A DNA stretch of 64,000 bases from positions 1,536,001 through 1,600,000 of the forward strand of contig CBDBCY010000004.1 of assembly GCA_965203555.1 (NCBI GenBank). The letters run 5' to 3'. Source of the DNA: Acidimicrobiia bacterium. Lineage in GTDB: Bacteria > Actinomycetota > Acidimicrobiia > Spongiisociales > ZC4RG35. Below, in pieces: positions 62,883 to 64,000 of the stretch. Position numbers and translations under genes: made by a program. Within the stretch, counting starts at the first letter, position 1. Every line of letters begins with the position of its first letter. A model generated the notes under the pieces. The model saw only the letters and a list, made by a program, of their open reading frames with translations, was not told the DNA's origin and searched no databases.

Positions 62883-64000
62883 CTATCCCGCCCTTCCCAC
62901 CGACCGCCGCACCGCGTCCAGATCGGCGTCGGCCCATCCCAGGGCCTCCAGACGACGGCCCTCGGCCATCAGATCACGTCCGCACATGGCCGACACCACC
63001 GTCACCAACGACGAGGTGACCGGCACCGGGACGGAAGCCAGTGCGGCCGCCGAGCAGAGCGACACCAGCGACCCCGCCGCACCATCCAGCACCGAACGAC
63101 GCAGAGCCTCCCCCTCGGATCCCGCGGCGGTGTTTGCTATCGGCGCCTGAGGAGCGCGAACTCCCCAGCGGGCCGCGACCGATGCCCGCTCCCCCCGGAG
63201 AGCCTCCACCAGGGCTTCGGTCTCAGGTGAAGGCGCGGCAGGACGCGCCAGGGGGGTTGCGCCCGGCAGCAACTCCCCGGGAGTCTCCCGGGTCAGGGGG
63301 CCGTCCAGAATCCCTCCGGGCACCACCGACCAGGAACTCTCGGTGAGACTGGTGTGCAGGACGGTGGGCAACAGGTCCATCGCCGGGAAGAATCCCGCCA
63401 ACGATTGGCGAGCCCCCTCGCCCCGGTCAGCCGGGTAGGCCGCCAGGGCTGCTCCGGAAGGGGAGTCCGACCACCGTAACCGACCGGTCCCCGAGGCAAC
63501 CACCGAGAACGGACAGGATTGCAACTCGACCAGGGTTATCGCTTCGTTTGACCCTCCCGTACGCAGCCACCAGGCCATCTCCAAGGCCCCGAAGGTGCGG
63601 CCCGGCGATATTGCCACGGTTTGCCCCTCGTTCAGCAGGCCGGCCAGCCGCATTCCCACCGCTCGCTGGTCGGTCAGAGATCCCACCACCAGCACCAGAT
63701 CGGTCCCGGCCACGGCCTGATCCATCCAGGGGATGGGACGAATGGCGTGATCGGCTTCGGGATCCACCCGGTAGTTTCCCACCGGACCGCCGTCCCGCAC
63801 CGAGATCCCGGAAGAGGTGAGCCGGGCTGCTTCTTTCCCCCTCGACGTCCACCAGCGGACCCGGGCGTCGCCGGCCGCAAATCCGGCCGCATACGCCCAC
63901 GCCTGGGCACCCGATCCCAATACCGCGATCTCGCTCCACGCGGGAGCGGGGACCGGGTGTTCGGACGTGGTGGCGCTCAGAGCGGCTACGACCGCCTCAA
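62883..64000 (-). CDS. Opine (octopine/nopaline) dehydrogenase-like protein; start lies beyond the window end
   Basis: IAVLGSG Rossmann start, ISPGRTFGALE, D/ER.SVAARWGV, ASVPVPVTSSLVTVVSAM.GRDL.AEGRRLEALG; frame open to 64000. Confidence 0.72.
   Translation of the reverse strand, partial: EAVVAALSATTSEHPVPAPAWSEIAVLGSGAQAWAYAAGFAAGDARVRWWTSRGKEAARLTSSGISVRDGGPVGNYRVDPEADHAIRPIPWMDQAVAGTDLVLVVGSLTDQRAVGMRLAGLLNEGQTVAISPGRTFGALEMAWWLRTGGSNEAITLVELQSCPFSVVASGTGRLRWSDSPSGAALAAYPADRGEGARQSLAGFFPAMDLLPTVLHTSLTESSWSVVPGGILDGPLTRETPGELLPGATPLARPAAPSPETEALVEALRGERASVAARWGVRAPQAPIANTAAGSEGEALRRSVLDGAAGSLVSLCSAAALASVPVPVTSSLVTVVSAMCGRDLMAEGRRLEALGWADADLDAVRRSVGRAG

Noticed and set aside
1-64000. rRNA, tRNA, integrase or transposase genes
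   Set aside because: None recognised by eye; tRNAscan and IS searches were not run.

Overview
High-GC window from an actinobacterium, probably Acidimicrobiia-like. That placement is an inference from the F420-type LLM gene, MmpL transporters, a DUF222-HNH gene, an SLH remnant and leaderless starts. It holds housekeeping and catabolic genes (1-17 kb), a lipid/sterol-oxidation region with two MmpL transporters, two P450s, a Rieske oxygenase and an MpaB-type oxygenase (17-34.4 kb), an Opp peptide ABC operon (36-42.5 kb), a defence/toxin-antitoxin island (42.8-56.8 kb), a ring-cleavage gene pair, and the 3' end of a bacterial microcompartment operon (59.7-64 kb). The standout is a split Type ISP restriction-modification gene. 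Its 3' end carries seven alternative ~40-aa target-recognition segments in staggered reading frames, addressed by three nested poly-G tracts. At every tract G11 selects the first cassette, G12 the second and G10 the third option (the next tract, or cassette 7). A fourth poly-G tract acts as an ON/OFF switch, and the invariant C-terminal domain is a separate, divergent gene. All frames were translated by hand; function is inferred and no database searches were run.
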